Assembly (NCBI GenBank): GCA_038323255.1
Contig: JBBQGS010000001.1
Location: 1 to 48,193 of the forward strand
Origin: Erysipelotrichales bacterium
GTDB lineage: Bacteria; Bacillota_I; Bacilli_A; Erysipelotrichales; Erysipelotrichaceae
Direction of reading: 5' to 3'
Length of the DNA: 48,193 nucleotides
Position 1 is the first letter of the stretch, and each line of letters begins with the position of its first letter. This document shows positions 35,106-44,732 of this stretch, piece after piece. The position numbers and the translations under genes were made by a program. A model generated the notes under the pieces. That model worked only from the letters and a program-made list of their open reading frames with translations, did no database searches and had not been told where the DNA came from.

Positions 35106-36494
35106 TCACTTCGCAACGACCATGAAATCTGCGATGTTCTTCTGAATGCGGATCAACGAATTCAAATCATGATGCATGACATAAAGTAACTGGCTGCCCA
35201 TACTGTAGGTCGGTTGCATATCACCCTTGCCGGACAGATTGGAAGTGGTGATCATCCAAGGTTTATTATTCTCAATCTGCTTTTTGATAAGTTTCGAAAG
35301 ATAAGGAATAGACAGGTTCGTATCGACGCTATTCTTTGTGGCGTTAATTATTCTTTCTATCTTCATCAGGGATGTGGGTTGAAGTAACTTGCTGATGATT
35401 CCTTTAATGACTTCTTGTTGATTCAATCCGCGTTGAATGTCCCCACTAGCGAATGAATGGCGTTCCCGTGCAAAGTATAGCGCATACTTGGCATTCAATG
35501 AGTTCATTCCAGCTATATACGAATATCCTCCAGAAGTCGTGAATGAGTATTTTGAATAGACATTGATATTACCTATAACATTGATTATATTCAGAAACGA
35601 GGTGAAATTCAACCGGATATAATAGTTGATATCGATCCCAACTAAGTCTTCGATGGTCTTGACTGTACAATTGATTCCATAAATGCCGGAATGCGTCAGC
35701 TTATCGAAAGCACCGTTTTTACATCCCAACGGTACAAACGTGTCGCGCGGAATACTTATGGTCAGAATGCTATTAGTAGTCGGATTGACAATCATTAGAA
35801 TATTCACATCACTTCTGGATCGCAAGGTGATTGGCCCCTTGGTGTCAATACCGCTAATCAAAACAATGAACGGTTTTTCCGAGACATCAACTTCCTTGAC
35901 GATGACTTCCTTAATTGATGATTTTTCGATGGTCCAGATGATTTTTGTTTTCGTTTCAAAATCCGGATTTTCTTCGATTAGATAATCACGGATTGAATTA
36001 TCCAACAACATGATATCGATCTTCCCTTCATAGAGTTGGTCGAGATTGGTCGGATCGTCCGAATTCTCCGTCCAAGTGAAATCCTTAACTTTTTTTGATA
36101 CTTGGTCTCTGAGATAAAGTTTTGTGGTCGAGTCACTCATAGCTGAAACACCGAAGATTTTCCCATTAGTATCGTTGATGCTTGTCAGAACACTGTCTTT
36201 GCGGACCACGAACGTGATGATGTTCGTTTCTGTGGGATTATAATTGATCATTCGTTCCGCTGAATATTGAGTATAGAAAAGAAAGGTCGAAAACAGAAGA
36301 AATACGATGGAAAAGACCGTTTTCATTATTCGTGAGAATTTCTTCCTGCTTACCACGATGAAAAGAAACCCCAAAATCCCCAGTAGAAAGGATATTCCGG
36401 GCGGTATAAACATGTTATAGATTAACCCGAGAATAAACATCAGCGCTGAAAAAGTTGCGATAATCCAAAGCATATTTTGCCTGAGGTAGTTCAT
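35106..36494 (-). CDS. LCP glycopolymer ligase, CpsA/Wzg-type; paralog of 30271..31770
   Basis: It has the same architecture. The core VLISGIDTKGPITLRSRSDVNILMIVNP..ISIPRDTFV..DKLTHS..GIDINYYIRLNF is roughly 60% identical by eye to the other copy. AAAGGAGG lies 5 nt before the ATG. Confidence 0.88.
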   Translation of the reverse strand: MNYLRQNMLWIIATFSALMFILGLIYNMFIPPGISFLLGILGFLFIVVSRKKFSRIMKTVFSIVFLLFSTFLFYTQYSAERMINYNPTETNIITFVVRKDSVLTSINDTNGKIFGVSAMSDSTTKLYLRDQVSKKVKDFTWTENSDDPTNLDQLYEGKIDIMLLDNSIRDYLIEENPDFETKTKIIWTIEKSSIKEVIVKEVDVSEKPFIVLISGIDTKGPITLRSRSDVNILMIVNPTTNSILTISIPRDTFVPLGCKNGAFDKLTHSGIYGINCTVKTIEDLVGIDINYYIRLNFTSFLNIINVIGNINVYSKYSFTTSGGYSYIAGMNSLNAKYALYFARERHSFASGDIQRGLNQQEVIKGIISKLLQPTSLMKIERIINATKNSVDTNLSIPYLSKLIKKQIENNKPWMITTSNLSGKGDMQPTYSMGSQLLYVMHHDLNSLIRIQKNIADFMVVAK

Positions 36495-36696
36495 GATGGC
36501 CTCCTTTCTTCCTAAGAATACTTCACAGTCTACAAGAATATCTCTACTATCGCAATTTCAGCCCTAGATAGAAAGTTTTTAACGGCATTTATACCGCAAT
36601 CCTTACTTTCCAAAAGATATTCTTTTTCGTATTTTGAAGAAATCTCGATTGACTCACTTCTTTCCCATCTATTTAGAACCTGGAAAGGTAATTCGA

Positions 36697-37992
36697 TTAA
36701 GAGATGTTTCGCGATTTCTCTCTTTTCAATGGAGTATATCCTGCTTTTTTAGAGAGTAAAATCGAATTACCTAGCCCAAAGTAAACCGCAAAACTCAAAA
36801 CAGGAATATCGTTATTCAATAGTAAAACCAAGAAAAGCATGCCCCCAATCCCTAAAATTAATGAAGCTAAGTTCTGATTGCTCTGCGCTTTAATATACAT
36901 GACTCTGATCGGGTAGAAAATATTATACATTAACAGGGCAAGCATCGGTAATCCGAAAACCGCGCCACTATCTAATAAAGAAGAATGTTGACCGACCCTG
37001 CCTAAACCGTCCGCCACTGATACCAACACTATTTTTTCGTGAAATATCAAACCGGACAGCGGATAACGAATGATGGTTGAAAGACTTTTCCCGTAGGCAA
37101 GGATGCGTGCATCCAAGATGGCTCCCGAGATCTTTCCTGTTTTCATGAAATTCATGAGTATCTCGATTTTGCTGGCATATGCTGTATCTGATAAAGCAAA
37201 ACTGAGAATCCAAATCAGCAAAGGTAAAAGTAAAAGGAGCAATATCCCTAGGTAAAGATATTGTTTAAGATGACGTGAATTAAATTTCCGAACCAGAGAT
37301 ATCATCAGAACTCCCGCAAATAGAATCAGGATCGACAGGGAATAGCCAGAAAGAAGGATCAAAAGTAGACTAGATATCAAGTTCAACCAAAGAAGATGAC
37401 GGATCCTTTCACTAAAATTATATTCTCCAAAAATTGAATAGACGAGTATGGGCACAATTATGATGAGCGAGAAGATGTAATCATATCCCACGACTCCAAA
37501 TTTTAAGTATTGGTAATACTTGCTTCCTTCATCGAAAACATTACGAATTATGTATGGGAATCTCAAAACAAAAACAATTGAAATGCAATTGAAAATCGGA
37601 ATGAGCCCCAATGCGACGATGGCGAATCTGCGAATCATATATGCCATGTTCGTTTTATAGAAATGGTAAACAATATATAGCAATAGGAAAAACACAAGTC
37701 CGAAAAAGCGTTTGAACATAGAAAAATTGTCTGTCAGAAGCGAAGAAGTTAACATATAGATACTATAGATTCCAATGAGAATGATTTGCAGTCTGTTTTC
37801 TTGGAAATACTTCGGATACAGCATCAAGGCAGTGATAAACCAAATCCCGTAAAATAAGATTTGTAAGTAGTTGTAGAAAGGCAGGATACGGAATTGGGGT
37901 ATGAGATACATCATCAAGATAATGAAAAAAATCAGTAAATTGCTGACAAATATTTTTCTTCTGTTTTTAAGTATTGCACTTGTGAGGAACAT
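36697..37992 (-). CDS. Wzy-type polymerase / O-antigen-ligase-like polytopic membrane protein
   Basis: Length 431 aa with about 10 TM helices. A large late loop is followed by GRVGQHSSLLDSGAVFGLP (Wzy_C-like). It sits within the glycan locus. Confidence 0.68.
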   Translation of the reverse strand: MFLTSAILKNRRKIFVSNLLIFFIILMMYLIPQFRILPFYNYLQILFYGIWFITALMLYPKYFQENRLQIILIGIYSIYMLTSSLLTDNFSMFKRFFGLVFFLLLYIVYHFYKTNMAYMIRRFAIVALGLIPIFNCISIVFVLRFPYIIRNVFDEGSKYYQYLKFGVVGYDYIFSLIIIVPILVYSIFGEYNFSERIRHLLWLNLISSLLLILLSGYSLSILILFAGVLMISLVRKFNSRHLKQYLYLGILLLLLLPLLIWILSFALSDTAYASKIEILMNFMKTGKISGAILDARILAYGKSLSTIIRYPLSGLIFHEKIVLVSVADGLGRVGQHSSLLDSGAVFGLPMLALLMYNIFYPIRVMYIKAQSNQNLASLILGIGGMLFLVLLLNNDIPVLSFAVYFGLGNSILLSKKAGYTPLKREKSRNIS

Positions 37993-38127
37993 TTGTTCTA
38001 CCTTGTCTTTCTAGACCTTTGCTTTCGTTGGTGTGGATGTGAGATAAAATATGATCAATCTCGAAGATGGACTGCCTCAGTAAAACTTTATTTAATAGTC
38101 TGACATTCCTAAATGTGCAATAGCGAC

Positions 38128-39312
38128 TCAAAATTTTTCACTATGAATGTTTGATAGAAAATCTTTCATCACGGTTTTGTATTGATGATAGTCGAACACA
38201 GTTGAATTTGCGCAGTATTCTTTCATACGCAAACTTTGGCTAACACCGAGTGATAGGATTTTGGAAAAATTGTCGGTTATTGACGGTATATCCTTGTTGT
38301 CAATGAAATATCCATTTTTACCTTGAACGAGATAATCCCCCAGATCGCTGGAATGGTTCGTGATTACCGGCGTAGCGCAACAAACACTTTCCGAAAATTT
38401 CGTCGGGAAACCTGCCCTTGATACACGAGTGGATTCCCGCAGAAATAGGCTGTAATGGGACTCTTGAATTAACTTAATGCAAGCGCGATGGGATAGATTC
38501 CCTTTGAAAACCAACTTGTCGCCGAATTCCGAAACCATGTAAGTTTGATGATTGTATTTTTGGAGATACTCATCCAAAGTGAGGCCTACGACCGTCAACT
38601 GAAAATTCTGTGTGTCCAACAAAGGGTTCAACGCTTCGATCAAGTCTTCAAGTCTATCTTTATTTGGACCTGGTCTACCAGCATAGATTAGTTTGAACCG
38701 CGTATCATCTAAGCTCTTGGCTGAGTGACTTTTCCATTTATCTTCAGATAAATCGACCAATGGCGGAAGGATGATGCATTTTTTGTTTTTATAGATGTCC
38801 TTAAGGAAAGTGCTGATGACGATTAGTCCATCAACCTTTCGATGTAGGATGCGCATGCGATAAAAGCTGTCCATTCTTTTGAACAGTTTGAATGGAAGAC
38901 TTCCTCTCCTTGTGGCATACCACTCAGTACAATCCGCTAGAACTTTCAGATTCCGCTCTCTACAATAATATAAAATTTTGTTAAGAGAAACGGCCTGGTA
39001 GTTATAGCAGATGACACCTTTTAAGTCAGGATATTGTTTCGAAACCGTAATGAAATTATCGATATCCTTTAAGTAACTTAACCATTGCACACTTTTCTTG
39101 GGATAGGGGATCGAATACGTCTCAAATCCCATCACAGTTCGCCGTGTATCTAAAATGCAAGAGTCGGCTTCAAGGTTCTTGTCGATTCCGATAAAAACCA
39201 CCGAATCATCCAGTTCCCTGATTATTTTTGCGTTGGAAAGCACTCTATGCGCTGCGGCATTCTTGTCAGGAAGTTCAAACCCTCCGATGTATACCCATGT
39301 TCCCCGATTCAT
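38128..39312 (-). CDS. Glycosyltransferase (GT-B fold, GT4-like)
   Basis: Length 394 aa with an N-terminal Rossmann-like WVYIGGFELPDKNAAAHRV. The C-terminal half carries the sugar-nucleotide-binding region FLRESTRVSRAGFPTKFSESVCCATPVITN. The start overlaps the epimerase stop (ATGA). Confidence 0.78.
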   Translation of the reverse strand: MNRGTWVYIGGFELPDKNAAAHRVLSNAKIIRELDDSVVFIGIDKNLEADSCILDTRRTVMGFETYSIPYPKKSVQWLSYLKDIDNFITVSKQYPDLKGVICYNYQAVSLNKILYYCRERNLKVLADCTEWYATRRGSLPFKLFKRMDSFYRMRILHRKVDGLIVISTFLKDIYKNKKCIILPPLVDLSEDKWKSHSAKSLDDTRFKLIYAGRPGPNKDRLEDLIEALNPLLDTQNFQLTVVGLTLDEYLQKYNHQTYMVSEFGDKLVFKGNLSHRACIKLIQESHYSLFLRESTRVSRAGFPTKFSESVCCATPVITNHSSDLGDYLVQGKNGYFIDNKDIPSITDNFSKILSLGVSQSLRMKEYCANSTVFDYHQYKTVMKDFLSNIHSEKF

Positions 39313-40286
39313 CTCGTAACCTTATCGATGTACCAAGAAATTGTGCGCTGCAGTCCATCTTTGACACTTACGTCCACTTCATAGCCAAGCAGATTGATCG
39401 CCTTCGTGATATCGGCATGGCTGTGTTTAATGTCTCCTGTCCGCTCTTCCGTATAGATCAGAGGTGTTTGAGAATCAAGTAGTCTGCAGATTTCTTTGTA
39501 GATTTCAATCAGTGCGGTTCTTCCCCCATTGGCAATATTGTAGACTTCGCCTGCCGCGCTACTGTCAGCTTTGCAAGCCTTCAGATTGGCATCAATCACA
39601 TTCTCAATGAAAGTGAAATCCCGGCTCTGTAATCCGTCGCCATTAATCGTGACTGGTTCACCTGCATAGATCAAACTTATAAACTTTGGGATCACTGCGG
39701 CATATACACCATTGGGATTCTGCCGCTTCCCAAAGACATTGAAATATCTCAGTCCATATGTATCCATTCCATAGAGTCGTTGGTAGATGCGACCATATTC
39801 TTCGCATACCCTCTTCGTAATCGCATATGGTGAAAGAAGATTTCCTTCTTTCCCTTCAACTTTCGGAAGATTCGACACATCCCCATAAACGGAAGAACTT
39901 GATGCGTAGACAAACTTTTTTACGCCTTTCAACCGTGCTGCTTCCAACATATTGAGCGTTCCGTGTATGTTGATTTCTTCGTAAACAAGCGGCATTTCAA
40001 TGCTTCTGGGGACCGATCCCCAAGCCGCCTGGTGAAGCACGAAGTCCGTTTTGTCACAGGCACTCAGACAGGTATCCAAATCACGAATCTCTCCACGTAT
40101 AAACGAAAAATCAGGATTATTCATGAAAGGTGCAATGTTTTCGATAAATCCGTTTGACAAATTATCCAAACACTTTACGATTTGCCCCTTCGAGAGTAGT
40201 GCTTCGCAAAGATTCGAGCCGATGAATCCTGCTCCTCCCGTCACAAGAAATGTGCTTCTACCGAAGTTCAGTTGGGAATAGTGCAT
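39309..40286 (-). CDS. NAD-dependent nucleotide-sugar 4-epimerase (TviC/WbpP-like)
   Basis: FLVTGGAGFIGSN, SSSSVYG and YAITK (YxxxK) are present. The ATG at 40286 lies 1 nt after the dehydrogenase stop; the track ORF extends 16 codons further upstream. Confidence 0.86.
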   Translation of the reverse strand: MHYSQLNFGRSTFLVTGGAGFIGSNLCEALLSKGQIVKCLDNLSNGFIENIAPFMNNPDFSFIRGEIRDLDTCLSACDKTDFVLHQAAWGSVPRSIEMPLVYEEINIHGTLNMLEAARLKGVKKFVYASSSSVYGDVSNLPKVEGKEGNLLSPYAITKRVCEEYGRIYQRLYGMDTYGLRYFNVFGKRQNPNGVYAAVIPKFISLIYAGEPVTINGDGLQSRDFTFIENVIDANLKACKADSSAAGEVYNIANGGRTALIEIYKEICRLLDSQTPLIYTEERTGDIKHSHADITKAINLLGYEVDVSVKDGLQRTISWYIDKVTR

Positions 40287-40287
40287 A

Positions 40288-41607
40288 TTAGAGTCTCCAT
40301 ATTTTGTATCCGTTGGACCTGAAAATCCTCTCATCGAGGATTCCCTTTAGGTCAAACAATACTTTGTTTGTGGTATATTTCCTAGCATATAGTTGCGAAA
40401 AAGTCCCGACGGTAAAGTTGCGATATGCTTCATGGGCAACCGCAACCACGATGGCGTCAAGATCATGCAGATCATCCAATGAACATAATTCGATGCCATA
40501 TTCCCGCTTGACTTCGTTTGGGTCGGCAATCGAATCATGGACCGAAGGCTCAATTCCGTACTCGCTCAGTTCACGAATGATATCGATCACTTTCGTGTTT
40601 CGTGAATCAGGACAATTTTCTTTAAAGGTAAAGCCTAATACAGCTACCTTTGCCTCTTTAATTGAGATTTCCTCGGCAATCAGTGTTTTAATTATGATTT
40701 CCGCAACGTATTTACCCATATGGTCGTTGATTCTACGACCGGCTAGAATAATTTGCGATTGATAGCCTAATTGGTCTGCACGAAATGTCAAATAGTAAGG
40801 ATCGACGCCGATGCAGTGTCCGCCGACAAGTCCCGGAACAAACTTGAGAAAATTCCACTTCGTTTCAGCCGCACGAAGTACAGCATGCGTGTCGATCCCC
40901 ATAATGTTGAAGATAATCGAAAGTTCGTTCATGAAGGCGATATTAATATCGCGCTGACTATTTTCAATCACTTTTGCGGCTTCGGCGATCTTAATTGACT
41001 CGGCTCGATAAACGCCTGCCTTTACCACCAGTTCATAAACCGAAGCGACGGTTTCAACGGTTTCGTCATCGATACCAGCTACGATTTTTACGATGGTTTC
41101 TAGGCGATGAGCTTTATCACCGGGATTAATGCGCTCGGGCGAATACCCCACAGAAAAGTCCATTCCACATAGTAGACCAGATTCATCTTCCAAAATCGGA
41201 ATACAGATTTCTTCTGTCACTCCCGGATATACCGTAGATTCATAAACGACGATACTCCCTTTTCGTAGATTTCTTCCGACAATATGTGATGCAATCTCGA
41301 TTGGTCCTAAATCCGGAGATTTACTGTCAAAGACGGGAGTAGGTACGGCGATGATAATAAATCGCGCTTCGCAGAGTCTCATTTCGTCCGATGTAAAAAG
41401 AACTTTGCTTTGGGATAATTCGAAATCTCCGACTTCATGGGTCGGGTCGATCCCTTTTTTATACAGGTTGATTTTTTCTTGATTAATATCAAATCCGATG
41501 ACATCAAGGAAGTTCGAGAAAGCTACGGCGATGGGCATGCCAACATAGCCTAAGCCAACAACCGCCAGCTTGCTTTTCCTTTCGATCAGGTCTCTGTAAA
41601 TACTCAT
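40288..41607 (-). CDS. UDP-N-acetyl-hexosamine 6-dehydrogenase (TviB/WbpO/Cap5O-like nucleotide-sugar dehydrogenase)
   Basis: LAVVGLGYVGMPIAVAF, the catalytic Cys in GLVGGHCIGVDP and a C-terminal UDP-binding domain. Length 439 aa. AAGGAG precedes the ATG. Confidence 0.88.
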   Translation of the reverse strand: MSIYRDLIERKSKLAVVGLGYVGMPIAVAFSNFLDVIGFDINQEKINLYKKGIDPTHEVGDFELSQSKVLFTSDEMRLCEARFIIIAVPTPVFDSKSPDLGPIEIASHIVGRNLRKGSIVVYESTVYPGVTEEICIPILEDESGLLCGMDFSVGYSPERINPGDKAHRLETIVKIVAGIDDETVETVASVYELVVKAGVYRAESIKIAEAAKVIENSQRDINIAFMNELSIIFNIMGIDTHAVLRAAETKWNFLKFVPGLVGGHCIGVDPYYLTFRADQLGYQSQIILAGRRINDHMGKYVAEIIIKTLIAEEISIKEAKVAVLGFTFKENCPDSRNTKVIDIIRELSEYGIEPSVHDSIADPNEVKREYGIELCSLDDLHDLDAIVVAVAHEAYRNFTVGTFSQLYARKYTTNKVLFDLKGILDERIFRSNGYKIWRL

Positions 41608-41618
41608 ATTTGGTCTCC

Positions 41619-42731
41619 TTACTCGACAAGATTCATCGCTTTAAATATGCTCATGTTTACTTTGCGTACATCATAATTCATTTTCGCGATTTCTATGCTC
41701 TTCTGCCCCATTCTTTCGATAAGCTCGGGAAATTCGATAAACATCTTCATCTTATCGTAGAGGTCTTCTTCATCTTGAACATTTACCAGAAAACCGTTGA
41801 CTCCGTCCTGGACGGTTTCCCTACAACCCGGAACATCCGTCGTTACAATAGCCCTTCCCATCGCCATCGATTCGATAATGGTCTTGGGGGTTCCCTCTCG
41901 ATAGGACGGCAATACAAATACACTACTTTGCCTAATGATAGGACGCACGTCCTCTTGTTCACCGAAGTACTCAATCGTACCTAAGCGGATATAAGGCTCA
42001 AGGAAATCGCGATGAATCGATGAAGGGTTGGTGTCGTAAGGCCCTAGTAAAAGACAACGAATGTGAGGATAAGTAAGTTTGAACTTTTCACATGCTTTCA
42101 GATATTCAACCAGTCCCTTATCTTTAATCAACCTGCCGATAAATAGAAAGGCGAATTGCTCGGGATACGCAACCGGAACAAATCTTTCAAGGTTCACACC
42201 TGATCCGTTGATTATTTCCGTCTTATCTTTGTCGACTAAATGTTCGTGTACGAAATAATCCCTATCATCCGGATTATGGAACAGCACTTTTCGGCTGAAC
42301 CTGCATGAGATACCATATTCTGTTTTCATGATACTGCGAACAAACTTTATTTTGGGCGTTTGTCCAATAAAGACCGAACCTAATCCCGCAATCAATGTAT
42401 AAAATTCAGGATAGCCAAGAATCCTTGCAGCAACGCTTCCATAGATGATTGTCTTGGCATGATACGCAAAAATTCGATCCGGTTGGATCTTTTTGATGAT
42501 ATGGTATAAATCAATCAGTGTTTTAATATCCGATAGCGGATTAATGCCATTGCGGGAGACGCGAATCCCGAAATAGGTAATTTTATCTTTTGCGAATGTC
42601 TCAATCCATTGTTGCGAACATTCATTCCCGACAGCAAACACTTGATGACCTAAGTCAACCAGTTCTTTCATCATATCCACCCTGAACCAACACAAGGAGG
42701 ATGTATGGCTTGATAGAATCAATATTTTCAT
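41619..42731 (-). CDS. GT4-family glycosyltransferase
   Basis: MKILILSSH.. N-terminus and the C-terminal LPSYREGTPKTIIESMAMGRAIVTTDVPGCRETV (E-x7-E). GGAGG precedes the ATG. Confidence 0.88.
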   Translation of the reverse strand: MKILILSSHTSSLCWFRVDMMKELVDLGHQVFAVGNECSQQWIETFAKDKITYFGIRVSRNGINPLSDIKTLIDLYHIIKKIQPDRIFAYHAKTIIYGSVAARILGYPEFYTLIAGLGSVFIGQTPKIKFVRSIMKTEYGISCRFSRKVLFHNPDDRDYFVHEHLVDKDKTEIINGSGVNLERFVPVAYPEQFAFLFIGRLIKDKGLVEYLKACEKFKLTYPHIRCLLLGPYDTNPSSIHRDFLEPYIRLGTIEYFGEQEDVRPIIRQSSVFVLPSYREGTPKTIIESMAMGRAIVTTDVPGCRETVQDGVNGFLVNVQDEEDLYDKMKMFIEFPELIERMGQKSIEIAKMNYDVRKVNMSIFKAMNLVE

Positions 42732-43183
42732 CGTAGCCTCCGGTACTTAGTGTAATTTCATTTACAAACTTAATTTTCAACTAAGGATCCGTTGAATTCG
42801 GGTTCATTTATAAAATACAGATACGGCTAAGGCGTTACTTCAATTCGCAACAGAGAAGTCACGTAACATTGGTTAAACATGATTCATTATCAATCAACAA
42901 GATCATTGCATTCGGTCCAACGATTCAAAGCAAAATTTTAGGGATAACTCTTCTATCTTACTCATGTTCATTGAAGCTAGAATGAATGCAAAAAATTCAA
43001 CTCATTCTAATCCCAATACATTAAAAAAAACGGTTATACAAATCGAAAAATTAACTTCCCTTGATTATAGTATATACCATTCCAAGAAACAGTGATTAAG
43101 ATTCATCTTATACATGTTAAAGTTACTTAACAGCAACTGAGCAACAAGCCAAAAACTGCAAATGCTTTAAACCCGTCAGTTAA

Positions 43184-44710
43184 TCAAAACAGATTTGCTA
43201 TTAACCCGTTTAACTTGGTCAACATTTTCATTCTATCTTCTTTATCAAGTACGAAGAACACTCCAATTAGCAATCCCGAGATACCCATTAAGCTAATTGA
43301 AATAAGTAATGATCCCCAGGTTTGGTTTGGAGTAATGATTGAAATACCGGAGAAAACGAATAACAGAGTTGCAATGTAGATTAGACTTTTGACAATTGAA
43401 TTATAAAAAAGAAATCTGTTTTCTTTTAAACAGTAAGCTGCATAGATCGGCACAAAGACTAAACATCTAAATAATTCAAGAAAACTACTGATACCAGCAA
43501 TCGCAAATAAACCGAAATTAGTTGTTTTAATCAACAAAAACACAATTGCAATATTCGCCATTCCTTCGAGAAAAACTACGATTGAAGGCCATTTAAGCTT
43601 GTTGGTGATTGTGAAAATATAGAATAGAGGCATAATACTAAAACTTGCAATAAGTGAAACCATCGTAAGTAATGCCAAAATTGTCAATTCTGAACTTGCT
43701 AAAGAAGGAACCCAAAGCCGAAAGAAATGGGCAGATAAAGCGATAAAGATGGCGATAGCAGTTCCGGAGAATATGGATGTAAATTTAAGCGTATACATCA
43801 GTTCTTTAATAAACAAGTCTCTTGAATCCTTCGCGAAAAGGATTGTCAAATAAGGGCTAAACGTGGTTGGTATAACTCCAATTAGGATTTGAAGAGCCAT
43901 CGGCGCCGTTTTCGCAATAGCTAACATCGCTGCCGCTGATGCCCCTAACATAATATTCGCTATAAGAAGGTCTACTCCGGTAAGTAAAACCAAACTTAGC
44001 TGATTAAACGAGTTCCACATACCTGAGGTAAATAGTTCCCATACAATTTTTGGCCTGAAGTATTTTATTGATGTCTTTAGTTCCGGCATGATCTTTTTCG
44101 CAGTTATGTAATTAAAAACTGCTGTGAATGCTACCACAACAAAGACAGATACCCCTACATAGTAAACTTTGGGATCAAAATACCTAAATAGAACTAAAAT
44201 TACAACAACTCTGATTAATGATGCAACAATGCTTATTACGCTTGTAACTTCTAACCTATTTTTGCAAAAAGCTGCAACGCCAAAAGTGGTCGTGGAAATA
44301 TTTACTAAGAATGTCGCAAAAATAATAATGAAAAGTAAGCGAATATCATTGAAAATATTAGCTGGGATGTTGATAAGCTTGTTTAAAAATACAACGATGA
44401 AAATACAGATAACCGAACAAAAGACGGCTACGATCAAGTTCACAAAAAAAGAAGTGCTGAGATATTCATTTGCCAAGACCATTTCGTTTCTATGCACTTT
44501 CAATGTGACAAATCGTGATGTCATTGAAGTTAGGGCTATCGTAAGAATGGTCATATATGCTGTAAAGTTATTGGAAATTGGCACAAAAGAATACGCTTCT
44601 TTTCCAATATTGGTTACTATGAAAGGAGTCAGCAAAAAACTGATCACTAAGGATATAATTACGGAAATTAAATTCGCACCTATGTTTAACATTGCTTGAC
44701 GTCGTCTCAT
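43184..44710 (-). CDS. Second Wzx-type (MOP) flippase
   Basis: Length 508 aa with about 14 TM helices. The N-terminus NIGANLISVIISLVISFLLTPFIVTNIGKEAYSF is typical of the polysaccharide flippase family. Confidence 0.78.
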   Translation of the reverse strand: MRRRQAMLNIGANLISVIISLVISFLLTPFIVTNIGKEAYSFVPISNNFTAYMTILTIALTSMTSRFVTLKVHRNEMVLANEYLSTSFFVNLIVAVFCSVICIFIVVFLNKLINIPANIFNDIRLLFIIIFATFLVNISTTTFGVAAFCKNRLEVTSVISIVASLIRVVVILVLFRYFDPKVYYVGVSVFVVVAFTAVFNYITAKKIMPELKTSIKYFRPKIVWELFTSGMWNSFNQLSLVLLTGVDLLIANIMLGASAAAMLAIAKTAPMALQILIGVIPTTFSPYLTILFAKDSRDLFIKELMYTLKFTSIFSGTAIAIFIALSAHFFRLWVPSLASSELTILALLTMVSLIASFSIMPLFYIFTITNKLKWPSIVVFLEGMANIAIVFLLIKTTNFGLFAIAGISSFLELFRCLVFVPIYAAYCLKENRFLFYNSIVKSLIYIATLLFVFSGISIITPNQTWGSLLISISLMGISGLLIGVFFVLDKEDRMKMLTKLNGLIANLF

Positions 44711-44732
44711 TGTTCATCTCTACTTTCTTAAA

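Noticed and set aside
44169-44699. 176-aa plus-strand ORF antisense to the second Wzx. Similar cases are 40304..40762, 28909..29388, 14876..15367, 16792..17235 and 10044..10535.
   Set aside because: All of them lie fully inside strongly supported genes on the other strand or in another frame. All lack SD sequences and family motifs. They are typical stop-poor antisense frames.
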